NCBI RefSeq assembly: GCF_024223415.1
Contig: NZ_CP100500.1
DNA: 64,000 nucleotides
Reading direction: 5' to 3' (one strand)
Source: Escherichia coli
Lineage (GTDB): Bacteria > Pseudomonadota > Gammaproteobacteria > Enterobacterales > Enterobacteriaceae
The translations under genes were made by a program, and so were the position numbers. The notes under the pieces are model-generated. The model saw only the letters and a list, made by a program, of their open reading frames with translations. It did not search any database and was not told where the DNA came from. Position 1 is the stretch's first letter. Every line of letters starts with the position of its first letter. Below are positions 18,139-30,685 of this stretch, one piece after another.

Positions 18139-18470
18139 TCTATTGCACAACGAGGAAGCTAAAAGGCTTCCTTTGTTGATGCATGTCAACCACAAATCTA
18201 TCATTCCCCCGATATATGTTTATTTTATGTAAAATCAATTTATGTAAAAAGTCACATCATTGTAGTTAAAAAGGTTGAGTTAGATCGCAGAAACGGGTAC
18301 ATATAGCCCCGCAAACGTGACCACGCCCGCAGATATTACTTAAATCAGAGCCATAGAGGCCACGCAGGCGAGGCATCAATCTTTACGATCTGTATAAAGA
18401 CGGATTGTTGATGATGTGTTAAAATTGATGTAAACAAATTGTGAAGTAAATGTGCTTCCGGGGAAAATAA

Positions 18471-18815
18471 GTGACTTCATTACAACTCTCAATCGTCCAT
18501 CGACTGCCGCAGAACTATCGCTGGTCTGCTGGTTTCGCAGGTTCGAAGGTTGAACCGATTCCGCAAAATGGACCGTGCGGTGACAACAGCCTGGTGGCGC
18601 TTAAATTGCTTAGCCCGGATGGTGATAATGCATGGTCGGTGATGTATAAACTAAGCCAGGCGTTAAGCGACATCGAAGTTCCATGTTCGGTGCTGGAGTG
18701 TGAAGGTGAGCCGTGCCTGTTTGTAAATCGCCAGGACGAGTTTGCTGCAACATGCCGATTGAAAAATTTTGGTGTGGCAATTGCCGAACCCTTTTCAAAC
18801 TACAATCCTTTTTAA
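18471..18815 (+). CDS. yejG: Uncharacterised protein YejG (114 aa)
   Basis: Translated ORF recognised as E. coli YejG; synteny. Confidence 0.85.
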
Positions 18816-18818
18816 GCG

Positions 18819-20408
18819 TCAGCTCAACGCCAGTAGCTGACGCGTATACTCCTGCTGCGGTGTGGCAAACACGCGCGCGCACGGTCCTTGTTCCACTACT
18901 TCCCCTTGTCGCAGTACGATAACCTGATGACATAACGCGCGGACAACGTGCAAATCATGGCTGATAAACAAATAGGCCAGTTGATGCTTTTGTTGCAATG
19001 ATTTCAATAGCGTTAATATTTGCGCCTGTACCGTTTTGTCGAGTGATGATGTCGGTTCATCAAGTATGATCAGCGAGGGCTTAAGAATTAATGCCCTGGC
19101 AATCGCAATACGTTGTCGCTGACCACCAGAGAACTCCGCCGGATAACGGTGGCGTGTTTCAGGATCTAATCCCACTTCATGCATCACGGCTATCACTTGT
19201 TGTTCGCGTTGTGCGGCAGAAAGCGTCGGCTGGTGAACCCGTAAGCCTTCCTCAATAATCTGCAAAACGTTGAGTCGTGGGTTGAGCGAGGAGTTTGGAT
19301 CCTGAAATACCACCTGAATGCGATGACGAATAGGTAACAGCTGGCGGCGATTTAAATTTTGCAGTGGCTGACCGTCAAAGATGATGCTGCCCTGAGAATT
19401 AATCAGTCGCAGCAGCGCCAGTCCCGTCGTGCTTTTCCCGGAACCGGACTCGCCCACTAAACCCAGTGTTTCACCCGCCCGTAACGTAAAACTGATGTTT
19501 TTCACCACCACATTATGATCCACAATGCGCTTCAAAATCCCTTTGCGAATGGGGAAGGCAACCTGAAGCTGTTCAACATCCAGCAACGTTGAGGCAGGTT
19601 CTGGCAATGGCACCGGGTCGCCTGACGGTTCACTGTTGAGTAGCTTTTGTGTGTAAGGATGAGTGGGTGAGGCAAATAGCGTAGCGGCGTTATTTTGCTC
19701 GACACAGCGACCGTTTTGCATTACCGCCACGCGGTGGGCCAGTTTTCTGACAATGCTGAGATTATGAGTAATAAACAGCATGCCCATATTCAGCTCGCCT
19801 TGCAGTTCGCGCAACAGCTGTAAAATCTGCGCCTGGACAGAGACGTCCAGTGCGGTGGTCGGTTCATCGGCAATTAATAATTCCGGTCGCGTTAACAGTG
19901 CCATCGCAATCATCACCCGCTGGCGTTCGCCGCCGGAGAGCTGATGCGGATAATCTGTCAGCCGTTTTGCCGCCTGGCGGATACCGACGCGATCAAGGCA
20001 GTTAAGAATTTCGCCACGAGCCGCTTCCCGACGCATCCCGCGGTGGAGTGAAAGCACTTCATAAAGCTGTTTTTCCAGGGTATGCAATGGATTTAACGAC
20101 ACCATCGGCTCCTGAAAAATCATGGCGATCTTATTACCGCGTACACCGCGCAACGTTTGATCGCTGGCATGAAGCAGCGATTCGCCATGAAAACGAATAT
20201 CGCCGGAGAGATATTCAACCGGCGGGGAAGGGAGCAGGCGTAAAATTGACAGCGCGGTAACGCTTTTGCCTGAACCTGACTCACCCACCAGCGCCAGCGT
20301 TTCGCCAGCCTCAATCTGTAGTGAAACATCATTTACTACTGTACGTACGGTTTGCTGATGGCGAAAACCCACCGACAAATCTTCAATCGCTAACAGAGTT
20401 TGCGTCAT
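18819..20408 (-). CDS. yejF: ABC transporter ATP-binding protein YejF, two ATPase domains (529 aa)
   Basis: Tandem Walker A motifs (GESGSGKS twice) and ABC signatures; start trimmed to [11 protein letters not shown]. Confidence 0.9.
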   Translation of the reverse strand: MTQTLLAIEDLSVGFRHQQTVRTVVNDVSLQIEAGETLALVGESGSGKSVTALSILRLLPSPPVEYLSGDIRFHGESLLHASDQTLRGVRGNKIAMIFQEPMVSLNPLHTLEKQLYEVLSLHRGMRREAARGEILNCLDRVGIRQAAKRLTDYPHQLSGGERQRVMIAMALLTRPELLIADEPTTALDVSVQAQILQLLRELQGELNMGMLFITHNLSIVRKLAHRVAVMQNGRCVEQNNAATLFASPTHPYTQKLLNSEPSGDPVPLPEPASTLLDVEQLQVAFPIRKGILKRIVDHNVVVKNISFTLRAGETLGLVGESGSGKSTTGLALLRLINSQGSIIFDGQPLQNLNRRQLLPIRHRIQVVFQDPNSSLNPRLNVLQIIEEGLRVHQPTLSAAQREQQVIAVMHEVGLDPETRHRYPAEFSGGQRQRIAIARALILKPSLIILDEPTSSLDKTVQAQILTLLKSLQQKHQLAYLFISHDLHVVRALCHQVIVLRQGEVVEQGPCARVFATPQQEYTRQLLALS

Positions 20409-20409
20409 G

Positions 20410-21435
20410 CTACACCGCCTTATTAGGATCAAATGCGTCGCGGACGGCTTCACCAATAAAGATCAGCAAAGACAATAATATCGCCACCGACAAGAAGGCG
20501 GTGATCCCAAGCCACGGGGCCTGAAGGTTATTTTTCCCTTGTAACAGCAGTTCACCGAGTGACGGTGAACCGAGCGGCAGACCGAAGCCGAGGAAATCGA
20601 GTGAGGTCAGGGTGGTTATCGAACTACATAAAATAAACGGTAAAAAGGTGAGGGTCGCGACCATGGCATTAGGCAACATATGACGCAGGATGATACTGCG
20701 ATCGCTGACGCCAAGCGCCTGCGCCGCACGAATGTAGTCGAAATTACGGGTACGTAAAAACTCCGCCCGCACCACGCCGACCAGACTCATCCAGCCAAAC
20801 AAGACAGTAATTGCCAGCAGCCACCAGAAGTTAGGCTGTACGACGCTGGAAAGTAAAATAATCAAAAACAGCGTCGGCATCCCCGACCATACTTCAATAA
20901 AGCGCTGCCCCCAGAGATCGACCTTACCGCCGTAATAGCCTTGTAGCGCCCCCGCCAGCACGCCCATCACGCTGGAACAAAGAGTCAGCATCAGGCCAAA
21001 CAGAACCGAGATCCGCGTGCCATAGAGAATACGTGCCAGCACATCGCCGCCGTTGGCATCCGTTCCCAGCCAGTTTTGCCGGGAGGGGGGAGAAGGGAAG
21101 GGCTTATCGGTAGCAAAGTTGATACTGGTAGCACCAAAGCGAATCGGTGCCCACAGTACCCAGCCATTATTTTCCAGCCGTTGTTTCAGCCACGGGTCCT
21201 GATAATCAGCCTGACTTGCCAGAGGGCCGCCAAAATCGCTTTCACTGTAATTTTTCAACAACGGGAAATACCAACTGCCGTCATAACGCACCAGCAACGG
21301 TTTATCGTTGGCGATAAGTTCAGAACACAAACTCAAACCAAACAAAACGAGGAAAATCCATAACGACCAGTAGCCGCGACGGTTATGGCGAAAACGCGCC
21401 CAACGGGTCTGATTGACGGGGCTGAGTCGCGACAT
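20410..21435 (-). CDS. yejE: ABC transporter permease YejE (341 aa)
   Basis: Translated ORF recognised as E. coli YejE; synteny. Confidence 0.9.
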   Translation of the reverse strand: MSRLSPVNQTRWARFRHNRRGYWSLWIFLVLFGLSLCSELIANDKPLLVRYDGSWYFPLLKNYSESDFGGPLASQADYQDPWLKQRLENNGWVLWAPIRFGATSINFATDKPFPSPPSRQNWLGTDANGGDVLARILYGTRISVLFGLMLTLCSSVMGVLAGALQGYYGGKVDLWGQRFIEVWSGMPTLFLIILLSSVVQPNFWWLLAITVLFGWMSLVGVVRAEFLRTRNFDYIRAAQALGVSDRSIILRHMLPNAMVATLTFLPFILCSSITTLTSLDFLGFGLPLGSPSLGELLLQGKNNLQAPWLGITAFLSVAILLSLLIFIGEAVRDAFDPNKAV

Positions 21436-22529
21436 TAACGTCCCTCAAAATCTATACGCGGATCGACCAGCGTATAGCTGATATCACTGACAATATTCAG
21501 CAGCAGGCCAATCAGGGTGAAAATATACAAGGTACCAAACATTACAGGATAATCGCGCGAGACGGTCGCTTCGTAGCCCAGTAAGCCAAGACCATTGAGT
21601 GAAAACATCACCTCAATCAGCAGCGAGCCGGTAAAAAACATGCTGATAAACGTCGCCGGAAAACCGGCAATCACCAGCAGCATGGCGTTGCGGAACACAT
21701 GTTTCCAGAGAATATTTTTTTCACTTACCCCTTTCGCACGCGCGGTCACCACGTATTGCTTGCGCACTTCATCAAGGAATGAGTTTTTTGTCAGCATAGT
21801 CAGCGCCGCAAAGCCACCAATCACCGTCGCCAGCACCGGCAGCGTGATATGCCACAGATAATCGGTGATTTTCTGATACCACGGCAGCGAATCAAAGTTA
21901 GCGGAAACCAGGCCGCGTAGAGGGAACAGGTCGAAATAGCTGCCGCCTGCGAAGAAGACAATCAGCAGGATGGCAAACAAAAAGGCCGGAATGGCGTAGC
22001 CGATGATGATAAATGCGCTACTCCAGACGTCAAAGCGGCTCCCATTATAAACAGCTTTGCGAATGCCTAACGGAATCGACACCAGATAGATAATCAGCGT
22101 GCTCCACAATCCGAGGGTGATGGAAACCGGCAGACTGTCTTTAATCAGCGTCAGCACCGAGGCGCTGCGAAACAGGCTATCGCCAAAATCAAAGCGGATG
22201 TAGTCCCAGAGCATTTTGAAGTAACGTTCATGGATCGGCTTATCGAAACCGTAGCGATGAGTGATCTCGGCGATCACTTCTGGATCTAATCCGCGTCCGC
22301 CACGGTAATTACTGTCGCTGATATTGCCGACACCCGTTTGCGCATGGCTGGCACGAACACCTTCACCGCCTGCGCCGGGTAATACTCCGGCATTACCAAA
22401 CTCAATGGCGGCGATGGCCTGGTCGACCGGACCGCCAGGCGCAATTTGCACGATGAAAAAGTTGATAGTGATAATCGCCCATAACGTTGGGATCACCAGC
22501 AACAGACGGCGAATCAGATAAGCGCCCAT
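21435..22529 (-). CDS. yejB: ABC transporter permease YejB (364 aa)
   Basis: Translated ORF recognised as E. coli YejB; synteny. Confidence 0.9.
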
Positions 22530-24344
22530 CTACTCTCCCTGTTGTCTGGCTGACGGCAGTTTGGCCGCTTTATTAACGTCATACCACCAGGTATCGATAC
22601 CCAGGCTGTAAACAGGGCGTACAGCGGGTTGGGAGAATTTATCCCACCAGGCGAGACGGTCTTCCGCCATGTACCACATTGGCAGCATGTAATAATTCCA
22701 CGTTAATACGCGATCCAGTGCTCGCCCCAACGGCAGTAATTTTTCTTTATTTCCCTGCGCGGCAATAATTTGGTTGATCAGCGAGTCGATAACCGGGCTT
22801 TGCACGCCGGGGGCATTATAAGTGGAATTGATATATTCCGATGACCAGGAAATCTGTAAATCGGAACTGGGCCACGGCATCGCCCGCCATACGCGCGGCA
22901 TCATGTCATAGTCGCGATTGCGCATGCGGTTGGTGATTTGCGAGTTATCCACCTTGCGAATGTCCATGTTGATACCCAGCCGTTGCAGGCTGTACTGGAA
23001 CGGCAATACCCACTGACTATTGCTGCTTGCAGGAAGCAATAATTCAAAGCTGAGCGGCTGACCCGTAGTGGCATTAACGCGTTGCTGACCTTTCAGCACC
23101 CAGCCTGCTTCGTTAAGAAGTTTGTCGGCTTTTAACAGGTTGTCACGATCGTAGCCATCGCCTTTAGATACCGGCGGCTGGTAGATTTGTGTGAAGACTT
23201 CTGACGGTAGATCTTTTTTCATTGGTGCCAGAAGCACCAGCTCCGCGGCGTCGGGGTAATTTCTGGCCGCGTATTCGGTATTCTGAAAATAACTGTTCGT
23301 GCGACTCCAGGCATTGTAAAACAACGCCTTGTTCATCCATTCAAAGTCAAAGGCGAGGGTGATTGCTTCCCGGACCCGGCGATCGCTGAATACCAGACGT
23401 TGGATATTAAACGCCAGCCAGCGCGTATCCTGGGCTGATTCGTTCTTTTGCTCATCTTTGATGATGTATTTTTTATCGAAATTTTTACCGGTATAACGCG
23501 TGGCCCAGTTTTTAGCGTCGTTTTCCATACGCAAATCAAAAGCACCTGCTTTAAACGCTTCAAAGGCGACATTATCATCGAGGTAATAATCGTAGCGAAT
23601 GGTGTCGAAATTCCAGCGTCCACGGTTTACCGGTAAGTTTGCTGCCCAGTAATCTTTCACGCGGGAATAGACAATATTTTGCCCCATTTTCCAGGACGTA
23701 ATTCGGTACGGACCACTGGCAAGCGGAGGCGTGGCGAGCGGATCGCTAAGTTTGTGATCCTTCCAGTACTTTTCTGGAAATACCGGCAGCGAAAACAGAC
23801 TCAACATATCTTCTTTGCCGGGTTTAGCTAACTCAATGCGCACGGTTAACGGCGCAATGGCTTTGACGGTGGTGCCTTTGTAGACCAGACGAAATTGCGG
23901 CACGCCTTCGGTCATAAATTTTTGAAAAGTAAACTCTACATCGCGGGCAGTAATGGGCGAACCATCATGAAAACGGGCGCGCGGATTAATAGCGACCTCC
24001 ACCCAGGAATAATCGTCAGCATAGCGTGCACTTTCAGCAATCAGCGGGTAATAACTGCCTGGTTCGTCATCGGAAGTCGTAAATAGCGTGTCGTACAGCT
24101 GCTCGGTGCGTGCGCCCGGGTTGCCGCGCAGTGCATAGCGGTTGAAATTATCGAAGGTACCGAGGGCTGACAACGTTATCTGCCCACCTTTTGGCGCGGC
24201 GGGGTTCACATAATCAAAATGGTTGAAATTAAACGCGTACCGGGGTTCGCCCAGCACGGCAAAGACATAGCTTTCCTTGATAGCCTGCGCCTGCGCACCA
24301 AAGGTGAACAGAGCGATAAACAGCAGCAGTATGCGCACAATCAT
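22530..24344 (-). CDS. yejA: ABC transporter periplasmic substrate-binding protein YejA (about 604 aa)
   Basis: Translated ORF recognised as E. coli YejA; signal peptide; synteny. Confidence 0.9.
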
Positions 24345-24425
24345 CTGCAACGGATTTCCTTTTACTCATCATTAGCCGCAATCCGGCATGCTTTCACTAT
24401 GAATAATAAGGGACGTAAGCACACC

Positions 24426-25982
24426 TTACCACTGCGGCGTATACGGTTTCTTCAGCCAGCGGACAAAATCGTCCAGCGGTAACGGGCGACTAATCCAGTA
24501 GCCTTGCATGAAATTAACGCCGCGTTCGCTTAGCCATCGCGCCTGTTCCGGCGTTTCGACCCCTTCAGCAACCGTCAGCATATTGAGGCGTTTCGCCAGC
24601 GTCAGCACCGCGTCAAGTACGGGGGAAGTGATCGTTTCCGTACCGATGGCGTTGATAAATCCACGGTCAATTTTCAGATAATCGAGCGTAAAACGCTCAA
24701 GATAGATAAGCGCGCTGTGCCCGGTGCCGAAGTCATCAATAGCAATTTCTATGCCGACCGAGTGCAGCCAGGCGAAGAGTTGTGTGGCTTCTTGCTCTTT
24801 CAGCATATCGCGCTCGGTAATTTCCAGCACAATCTGGAAATGGTGTGCGGGTAGGGAAGTGAGCAGTTTCTGGATATCTGCTTTAAAGCTTTCGCTGTGC
24901 AGATGGTCCGGCGCAATGTTAATGCCAAATTTGACGCCTACCGGCAGAACTTTTTCTAATTCTGCGGCATCGCGGGCAATTAACTCAAACAGGTGCTGAG
25001 TCAGCGGCACAATCATCTTTTGCGATTCGGCAAAGTTAATGAAGGCATCCGGGGGAATTTCTCCCGCGACAGGATGCCGCCAGCGTAGCAGTACTTCCAG
25101 GCCCGTTACTCGCAAAGCTTGTGTATCCACCACCGGTTGATACGCCACGTAAAATTGTTCGCGCTTGATGGCGGTCATGATTTCTCTGCCGGGGCGCATA
25201 CGTACGCTCATCAGGTAATAGCAGAGCAGGCCAACGACAGTTCCACTCATGCCGCCCAGTAAAAATGCGTACCACACATCGTTCCATGTCCAGTCATCTG
25301 CATAAAGCCGAACGGTCAGAGGAATGCCCGCAATTTTAGTTTCACGGACTGGCATGTCGGTTAATTCGTTAACGTTCATCAAACGTGAAGAAAAGGTAGA
25401 TAGCGCAGTATTGCCAATAATGAGGGCGACGCCATCGTAATCTTCCTGCCGTGAACTATAAAAGAGTGAAGGCGTCAGGTTGAGATTCAGAGCGGCAAAG
25501 ACGCCGCTATTTTTCAGCAAAGGGTTGCGATACCAGATGACGATTGCGGGTTTGTTCGGCACCATCGGCGTGCCGGGTAAGATCGCCATATCGACATTTT
25601 TATTAATGTCGAGCGCCGGAATCAATTCATTGAGTGGAATGTCCATCTCACCGGTCGCAGATGAACAGAATGTTTTTTTATCTTTCACCAGCACAAACGT
25701 ACGGACATTCATGCTAAACGCCGCGCGGGCGGTCAGTTCGGGGTTAGCCTGCTGGCAGGTATCTAAGGTCAGCGGCTGAAGCCGGTCAGTAGTGGATTTC
25801 AGGTCGGCAAAATAGGTATCGAGATACTTTTGTACGTCGGTAATCAGTGTGTCGTATTTGACTTCGTGCTTATGCCAGGCCACCAAAAACTGAAGGCAGC
25901 TCACCAGTATCGCAATCATCACGCCTGCAACAATGCAGGTAAGCAGGAGCTTACGTCCAGAATTGGGAGCGCGTATGAACAT
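24426..25982 (-). CDS. pdeN: EAL-domain c-di-GMP phosphodiesterase Rtn/PdeN (518 aa)
   Basis: Translated ORF recognised as E. coli Rtn; membrane N-terminus and EAL domain. Confidence 0.85.
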   Translation of the reverse strand: MFIRAPNSGRKLLLTCIVAGVMIAILVSCLQFLVAWHKHEVKYDTLITDVQKYLDTYFADLKSTTDRLQPLTLDTCQQANPELTARAAFSMNVRTFVLVKDKKTFCSSATGEMDIPLNELIPALDINKNVDMAILPGTPMVPNKPAIVIWYRNPLLKNSGVFAALNLNLTPSLFYSSRQEDYDGVALIIGNTALSTFSSRLMNVNELTDMPVRETKIAGIPLTVRLYADDWTWNDVWYAFLLGGMSGTVVGLLCYYLMSVRMRPGREIMTAIKREQFYVAYQPVVDTQALRVTGLEVLLRWRHPVAGEIPPDAFINFAESQKMIVPLTQHLFELIARDAAELEKVLPVGVKFGINIAPDHLHSESFKADIQKLLTSLPAHHFQIVLEITERDMLKEQEATQLFAWLHSVGIEIAIDDFGTGHSALIYLERFTLDYLKIDRGFINAIGTETITSPVLDAVLTLAKRLNMLTVAEGVETPEQARWLSERGVNFMQGYWISRPLPLDDFVRWLKKPYTPQW

Positions 25983-26087
25983 GATTCCGTTAATTTCCTG
26001 AAATTACGACAACATTTAAAAGATAACAATGACCGGACTATAGCCTGGATCAAGACGCGGAAACATCATTTTCTCTGATGAATGAAA

Positions 26088-26116
26088 ACAAAAAAGCACT
26101 GCCTAAGCAGTGCTTT
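26088..26116 (-). terminator. Intrinsic terminator downstream of mepS
   Basis: Hairpin agcactgc/gcagtgct followed on the minus strand by a T-rich run. Confidence 0.55.
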
Positions 26117-26162
26117 CAGTTAACTCGTCAGGATAGCCAAGGGATTGCATCCAAACGGTTTA

Positions 26163-26729
26163 TTAGCTGCGGCTGAGAACCCGGCGTGCTTCGTTGTAAC
26201 GCTTCTTCCAGTACGGTTCATTCATGCTGGAAATAATAACACCACTGCTGGTGGAAGCATGGACAAACTGATTGTTGCCGATATAAATACCGACATGGCG
26301 TCCCGTTGAACCGGCACGGAACAGAACTAAATCACCCGTACGCAAATTACTGCGGGAAACAGATTTACCCATTTCCTGCTGTTCGTAAGTCGAACGCGGA
26401 AGTTCTAAGCCAAATTGCTCACGGAATGTACGCTGTACGAAACCAGAACAATCGATACCTTTTTTAGTGCTGCCGCCCAGACGATAACGTACGCCTTTCC
26501 AGTCAGCATACTGATCCATAATTCGCGATTTTACGTCGACATTACGAACCAGGTTTTCAAATTCATCCTGAGAAGCTTGCAGTGATGATGTTTCACTACC
26601 CACTGCACGTGTCTCAGGATGCATATTCTTTGCGGTGTTATTTGCACTACATGCAGAAAGCAGAACCGCTACTGCAATCGCGGGGATCCCGCGCAAGATA
26701 TATCTCAAAATCGGTTGAGATTTGACCAT
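26163..26729 (-). CDS. mepS: Peptidoglycan DD-endopeptidase MepS/Spr, NlpC/P60 lipoprotein (188 aa)
   Basis: Translated ORF recognised as E. coli Spr; lipobox LSAC; catalytic Cys (DCSGF) and His. Confidence 0.9.
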
Positions 26730-27140
26730 GTTGTTTGTTTTCCCTTGAAGTCCTTAACGACAAATATCGTTATAAAAAAATGCCAAGCGACACGAGACTA
26801 ATTACCTGGGCATGTTGAAACAATTCCTTAAGGCCAAATCTGTGGACTAACGCACAAAATTATATGCTGTGAGGATAATCTACCGCCGAGGCAAAACGAG
26901 TTCGAGATTACCCGATTGGTGCGGTCTTGGCGAGCGGTTTTACATGATTTTTTATAAGAAAAAGTGATACAGAAAGTTAATAAGCGGGATTGGTCAATTA
27001 AAGTACGATTGAGTGAAACGCATGCAATCCATTCATTTACTTAGAGAATGATTTTTGCTTTCGATGGATGAAAGCACGGTGCGCATCATCAGGATTATCC
27101 TCACTATAAAAATAAACCTGATGATGTTAATTACTGTGAG

Positions 27141-27854
27141 TTATTTGTTTTGGAAATGTTTGTTTTTTCCCGGTAGTGATTTGTCAAAAAAGGTGATTAA
27201 TCGATCACTTAATGGCGTCAGCAACACCCAGGGCAAACCGATCAATATCACGGTCATCGAACCGACAATGATGTCAGTAAACCAGTGTGCGCCAATCATT
27301 ACTCTGGGAAACGCAAAAACCACAAAAATAATAAGGGCGATAAGACCTGCAACTTTGCCGAAATAACGCCACATGAATGCCGAAAAAATAAGCAGCATCA
27401 TGCCGTGATCGCCGGGAAAGCTATCTCGTGAGGCATCTTTCGTGGGGACAGAGAGCAGTTCGCTGACGCAGTTAATATCGGTAAAAGTCAATGTTGGGCT
27501 GGCCCGTTTTACAGGAATTAATGCCTGACCCAGCTGGTTTAATACCACTGCAGTTAATAGCATGACCAGACCAATAATCACGATACGTCGTCTGCCTGGG
27601 GCGTTTTCTTTCAGCCAGAAACTCAGCATCAACATTCCCATCGCCAGCAGTGAACAACCGTCGAAAGCGCGATTGTTGGTCAATGCAACCAGCCACAAAA
27701 AGGCCTTACTTTCGACCAGTTTCTGATTAAAGAAATAAAAAATATCCGCATCAATCGGCAACCAGAATCCATGATTAACGGGAATATACCAGGAAAGAAA
27801 CAGCGCGAGGCCGACAATATTCAACAACACTATTTGCGGCAAATTTTTAATCAT
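27141..27854 (-). CDS. lpxT: Lipid A 1-diphosphate synthase LpxT/YeiU (237 aa)
   Basis: Translation from MIKNLPQIVLLN matches E. coli LpxT; raw ORF extension trimmed. Confidence 0.85.
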   Translation of the reverse strand: MIKNLPQIVLLNIVGLALFLSWYIPVNHGFWLPIDADIFYFFNQKLVESKAFLWLVALTNNRAFDGCSLLAMGMLMLSFWLKENAPGRRRIVIIGLVMLLTAVVLNQLGQALIPVKRASPTLTFTDINCVSELLSVPTKDASRDSFPGDHGMMLLIFSAFMWRYFGKVAGLIALIIFVVFAFPRVMIGAHWFTDIIVGSMTVILIGLPWVLLTPLSDRLITFFDKSLPGKNKHFQNK

Positions 27855-27892
27855 ATTTTCTCTAATTATCTTACTGAAAAACGCAGGCAACC

Positions 27893-28879
27893 TTACGCGG
27901 TAGTCGCTAAACGAAGCTTCAACAGCGCGCTCTGCAAGGCATTCCAGTCAGCTTCGCTGCTGGAAATCAGCTCAATACGGCTGTCCGGTGGCGCAACGTT
28001 TTGCGTTTCAATGTGCAGGTCATCGCCCTGACGGTTGATTCGCACCAGCCCTTCGGGAATACGCAGCACGCCTTTGACGCGTTCCACCGGTGCAAGTCGC
28101 GCCCATTCCAGAATGCCAATGGTGTCGAATACCGTATCAGCGTCGAATATCCAGCCGCAGGCCTGATGTCCTTGTCCACTGTTCAGACTGCGACGCCAGC
28201 GTTGATGCTCTGGCAGGCTTAACGCTGCTAACCCTTTTTTCACGACATGCTGATGAGAATGCGCGGCGCTGGCGGGCAACTCGGCTAAATTGCGACGCGG
28301 CAAATCCAGAAGATGACCGTCAACTTTCCCATGCTCACTGTGAATTAATTGCCGATCGCCACCATTTTGCTGCCACCAGCGCTGTAGCGCTTGCTCGCTT
28401 TCAGGTGTCGCACGGTCGGATTTATTGGCGACAATGATGTCTGCGGCAGCCAGCTGGTCACGGAAGTTTTCATTGCTGGCGCTTTTTTCGGCCAGCAGCA
28501 GGCGTGGATCGAGAATGCACAACGTGGCGCGTAGATCTATCCACGGTTCATAGACTGGTGCGGTTAACAGATCGAGGATCTGTTTCGGATGGCCCAGCCC
28601 AGTCGGCTCTATCAACAAGCGGTCTGGTTTTCCCTGACGCAGTAAGGTATTCAACCCTACCTGCATGGGTAAACCATTAACGCAGCACATGCAGCCGCCG
28701 GGGATCTCTTTCAGCAATGCGCCGCTATCGGCGAGCAAAGCACCATCAATTCCGACTTCCCCAAATTCATTAACCAGTACCGCCCATTTTTCGTTGGGAT
28801 CTTTATGGGCTAACAGATGAAGAATCGACGTGGTTTTCCCGCTGCCGAGAAAACCGGTGATGAGGTTGGTCCTGGTCAC
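27893..28879 (-). CDS. yeiR: Zinc-binding GTPase YeiR, CobW/COG0523 family (328 aa)
   Basis: GFLGSGKTT P-loop and CxCC motif; recognised as E. coli YeiR. Confidence 0.9.
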   Translation of the reverse strand: MTRTNLITGFLGSGKTTSILHLLAHKDPNEKWAVLVNEFGEVGIDGALLADSGALLKEIPGGCMCCVNGLPMQVGLNTLLRQGKPDRLLIEPTGLGHPKQILDLLTAPVYEPWIDLRATLCILDPRLLLAEKSASNENFRDQLAAADIIVANKSDRATPESEQALQRWWQQNGGDRQLIHSEHGKVDGHLLDLPRRNLAELPASAAHSHQHVVKKGLAALSLPEHQRWRRSLNSGQGHQACGWIFDADTVFDTIGILEWARLAPVERVKGVLRIPEGLVRINRQGDDLHIETQNVAPPDSRIELISSSEADWNALQSALLKLRLATTA

Positions 28880-28996
28880 AACGGCTCCGCAATACTCTGG
28901 TAAGTTAACTGAGCGTTAATCCTGGCTAAAAACGGCAGAAAAGAGAAGGGGAGAGCGGACGAAGGCGAGTTTCATCCGCTTTAACCGCAGAAATCG

Positions 28997-30463
28997 TTAA
29001 ATTTTGAGGGTGTTTAATAGCGCCTGATGTGCGCCGAATTGTACGATTTGTTGCCAGGCTTGTTCGATGGCCTGCACAAAATGCGGGTTATCTGGCAGAT
29101 CATCACCGAAAACTTCACGCAGGGAAAGCAGGGCGGTGACGCGTTGTTCACTGCTGCTGCCCGCAACAAGTTCGCGAATTTTATCGCTAAGCGGATCGCG
29201 AACATCAATGGCATTTCCGGCATCATCAACGCCGCTGACGTAACGCATCCAGCCTGCAACGCCTAATGCCAGCAACGACCAGTCCGTTTCGCGCCCCAGA
29301 TGTATGCGAATACCTGCCAGCATGCGTTGCGGTAATTTCTGGCTGCCATCCATCGCGATTTGCCAGGTCTTATGTTTCAGCGCCGGATTAGCAAAACGTG
29401 CAATTAACTTATCCGAATATTGTGTTAAATCGACATCTTTAATCCGCAGTGTCGGCGCTTGCTCATCCAGCATTAATGTTCTGGCAGCATGGCGAAATGC
29501 GCGATCCTGCATGCAATCACTGATATGGGCGAATCCTGAGAGGTAACCCAGATAAGCGAGAAAAGAGTGGCTGCCATTAAGCATACGCAGTTTCATCTCT
29601 TCCCATGGCAGGACATCATTCACCATTTGTACACCTGCGACTTCCCAGGCAGGACGCCCAGCGACGAAGTTATCTTCCACCACCCACTGGATAAACGGTT
29701 CGCAGCTAATCGCGCAGGGATCATTTACCCCCAGATGCTGGCTGATTTCTGCCAGTGATTCGTCGGTTGCAGCCGGAACAATGCGGTCGACCATGGTTCC
29801 CGGAAAACTGACGTGTTCTTTTATCCACCCGGCGAGTTCTGGCGAACGTTTTTCTGCCATTCCCAGCACCGCGTTTTTCACCACATGGCCATTGTCGGGA
29901 ATATTGTCGCAGGAGAGCACGGTAAACGGTGTAAGGCCGCGCTCACGGCGGCGTTTCAGTGCTTCGACGAGAATACCCGGTGCGGAGTGAGGTTCTTCAG
30001 GGGTTTGTAGATCGTGAATAATCCGCGGATTGCTGGTGTCGAGTGCACCGGTGGCCGGGTCAATACAATAGCCTTTTTCGGTAATCGTCAGGGAAACAAT
30101 TGCCACCTGTGGCTCGCAAAATTTCTCAATAATTGCCGCTAAGGAATCCAGTTTTGCATTCAGGCATTCGTGAACGGCACCGACAATTATCGCCTGATTG
30201 CCGTCCGCCCCTTTCTCCAGCACGGTATATAAATGGTTCTGTGCGCGGAGCTGGCTCATCAGTTGATCACCGCTGAACAAGCTGATTTCACAGATCCCCC
30301 AGTCGCCGCCCTGGGCATTCAGCACACGATCGGTCAGTAACGCCTGATGTGCGCGGTGAAAGGCTCCAAAGCCAAAATGAACGATACGTGATTGCAACTG
30401 CTGGCGATCGTAGCGTGGAGCGTGTACATGATGCGGGAGCGTAACGGAGGCGATTGTATTCAT
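28997..30463 (-). CDS. yeiQ: Mannitol-dehydrogenase-family oxidoreductase YeiQ (about 488 aa)
   Basis: Translated ORF recognised as E. coli YeiQ; synteny. Confidence 0.85.
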   Translation of the reverse strand: MNTIASVTLPHHVHAPRYDRQQLQSRIVHFGFGAFHRAHQALLTDRVLNAQGGDWGICEISLFSGDQLMSQLRAQNHLYTVLEKGADGNQAIIVGAVHECLNAKLDSLAAIIEKFCEPQVAIVSLTITEKGYCIDPATGALDTSNPRIIHDLQTPEEPHSAPGILVEALKRRRERGLTPFTVLSCDNIPDNGHVVKNAVLGMAEKRSPELAGWIKEHVSFPGTMVDRIVPAATDESLAEISQHLGVNDPCAISCEPFIQWVVEDNFVAGRPAWEVAGVQMVNDVLPWEEMKLRMLNGSHSFLAYLGYLSGFAHISDCMQDRAFRHAARTLMLDEQAPTLRIKDVDLTQYSDKLIARFANPALKHKTWQIAMDGSQKLPQRMLAGIRIHLGRETDWSLLALGVAGWMRYVSGVDDAGNAIDVRDPLSDKIRELVAGSSSEQRVTALLSLREVFGDDLPDNPHFVQAIEQAWQQIVQFGAHQALLNTLKI

Positions 30464-30685
30464 AGGAGTCACGTCTTAGTAACGATTAATTAACAATGAC
30501 AGTGTAAAGTTATATGACAGCAATTGAAATTGGTCTGGATTGTTAATGCGATGAAGTGTGAGGGCGATCAATCAACGAGTGAAAATTGAGGGCGTAAGGT
30601 GTTCAGGAAGCGCAAAATAGAAGATTGGTATAATAAATTAAAAAAGGGACAGCCTGAGCTATCCCTTTTCTGCATGCGGCTGAAG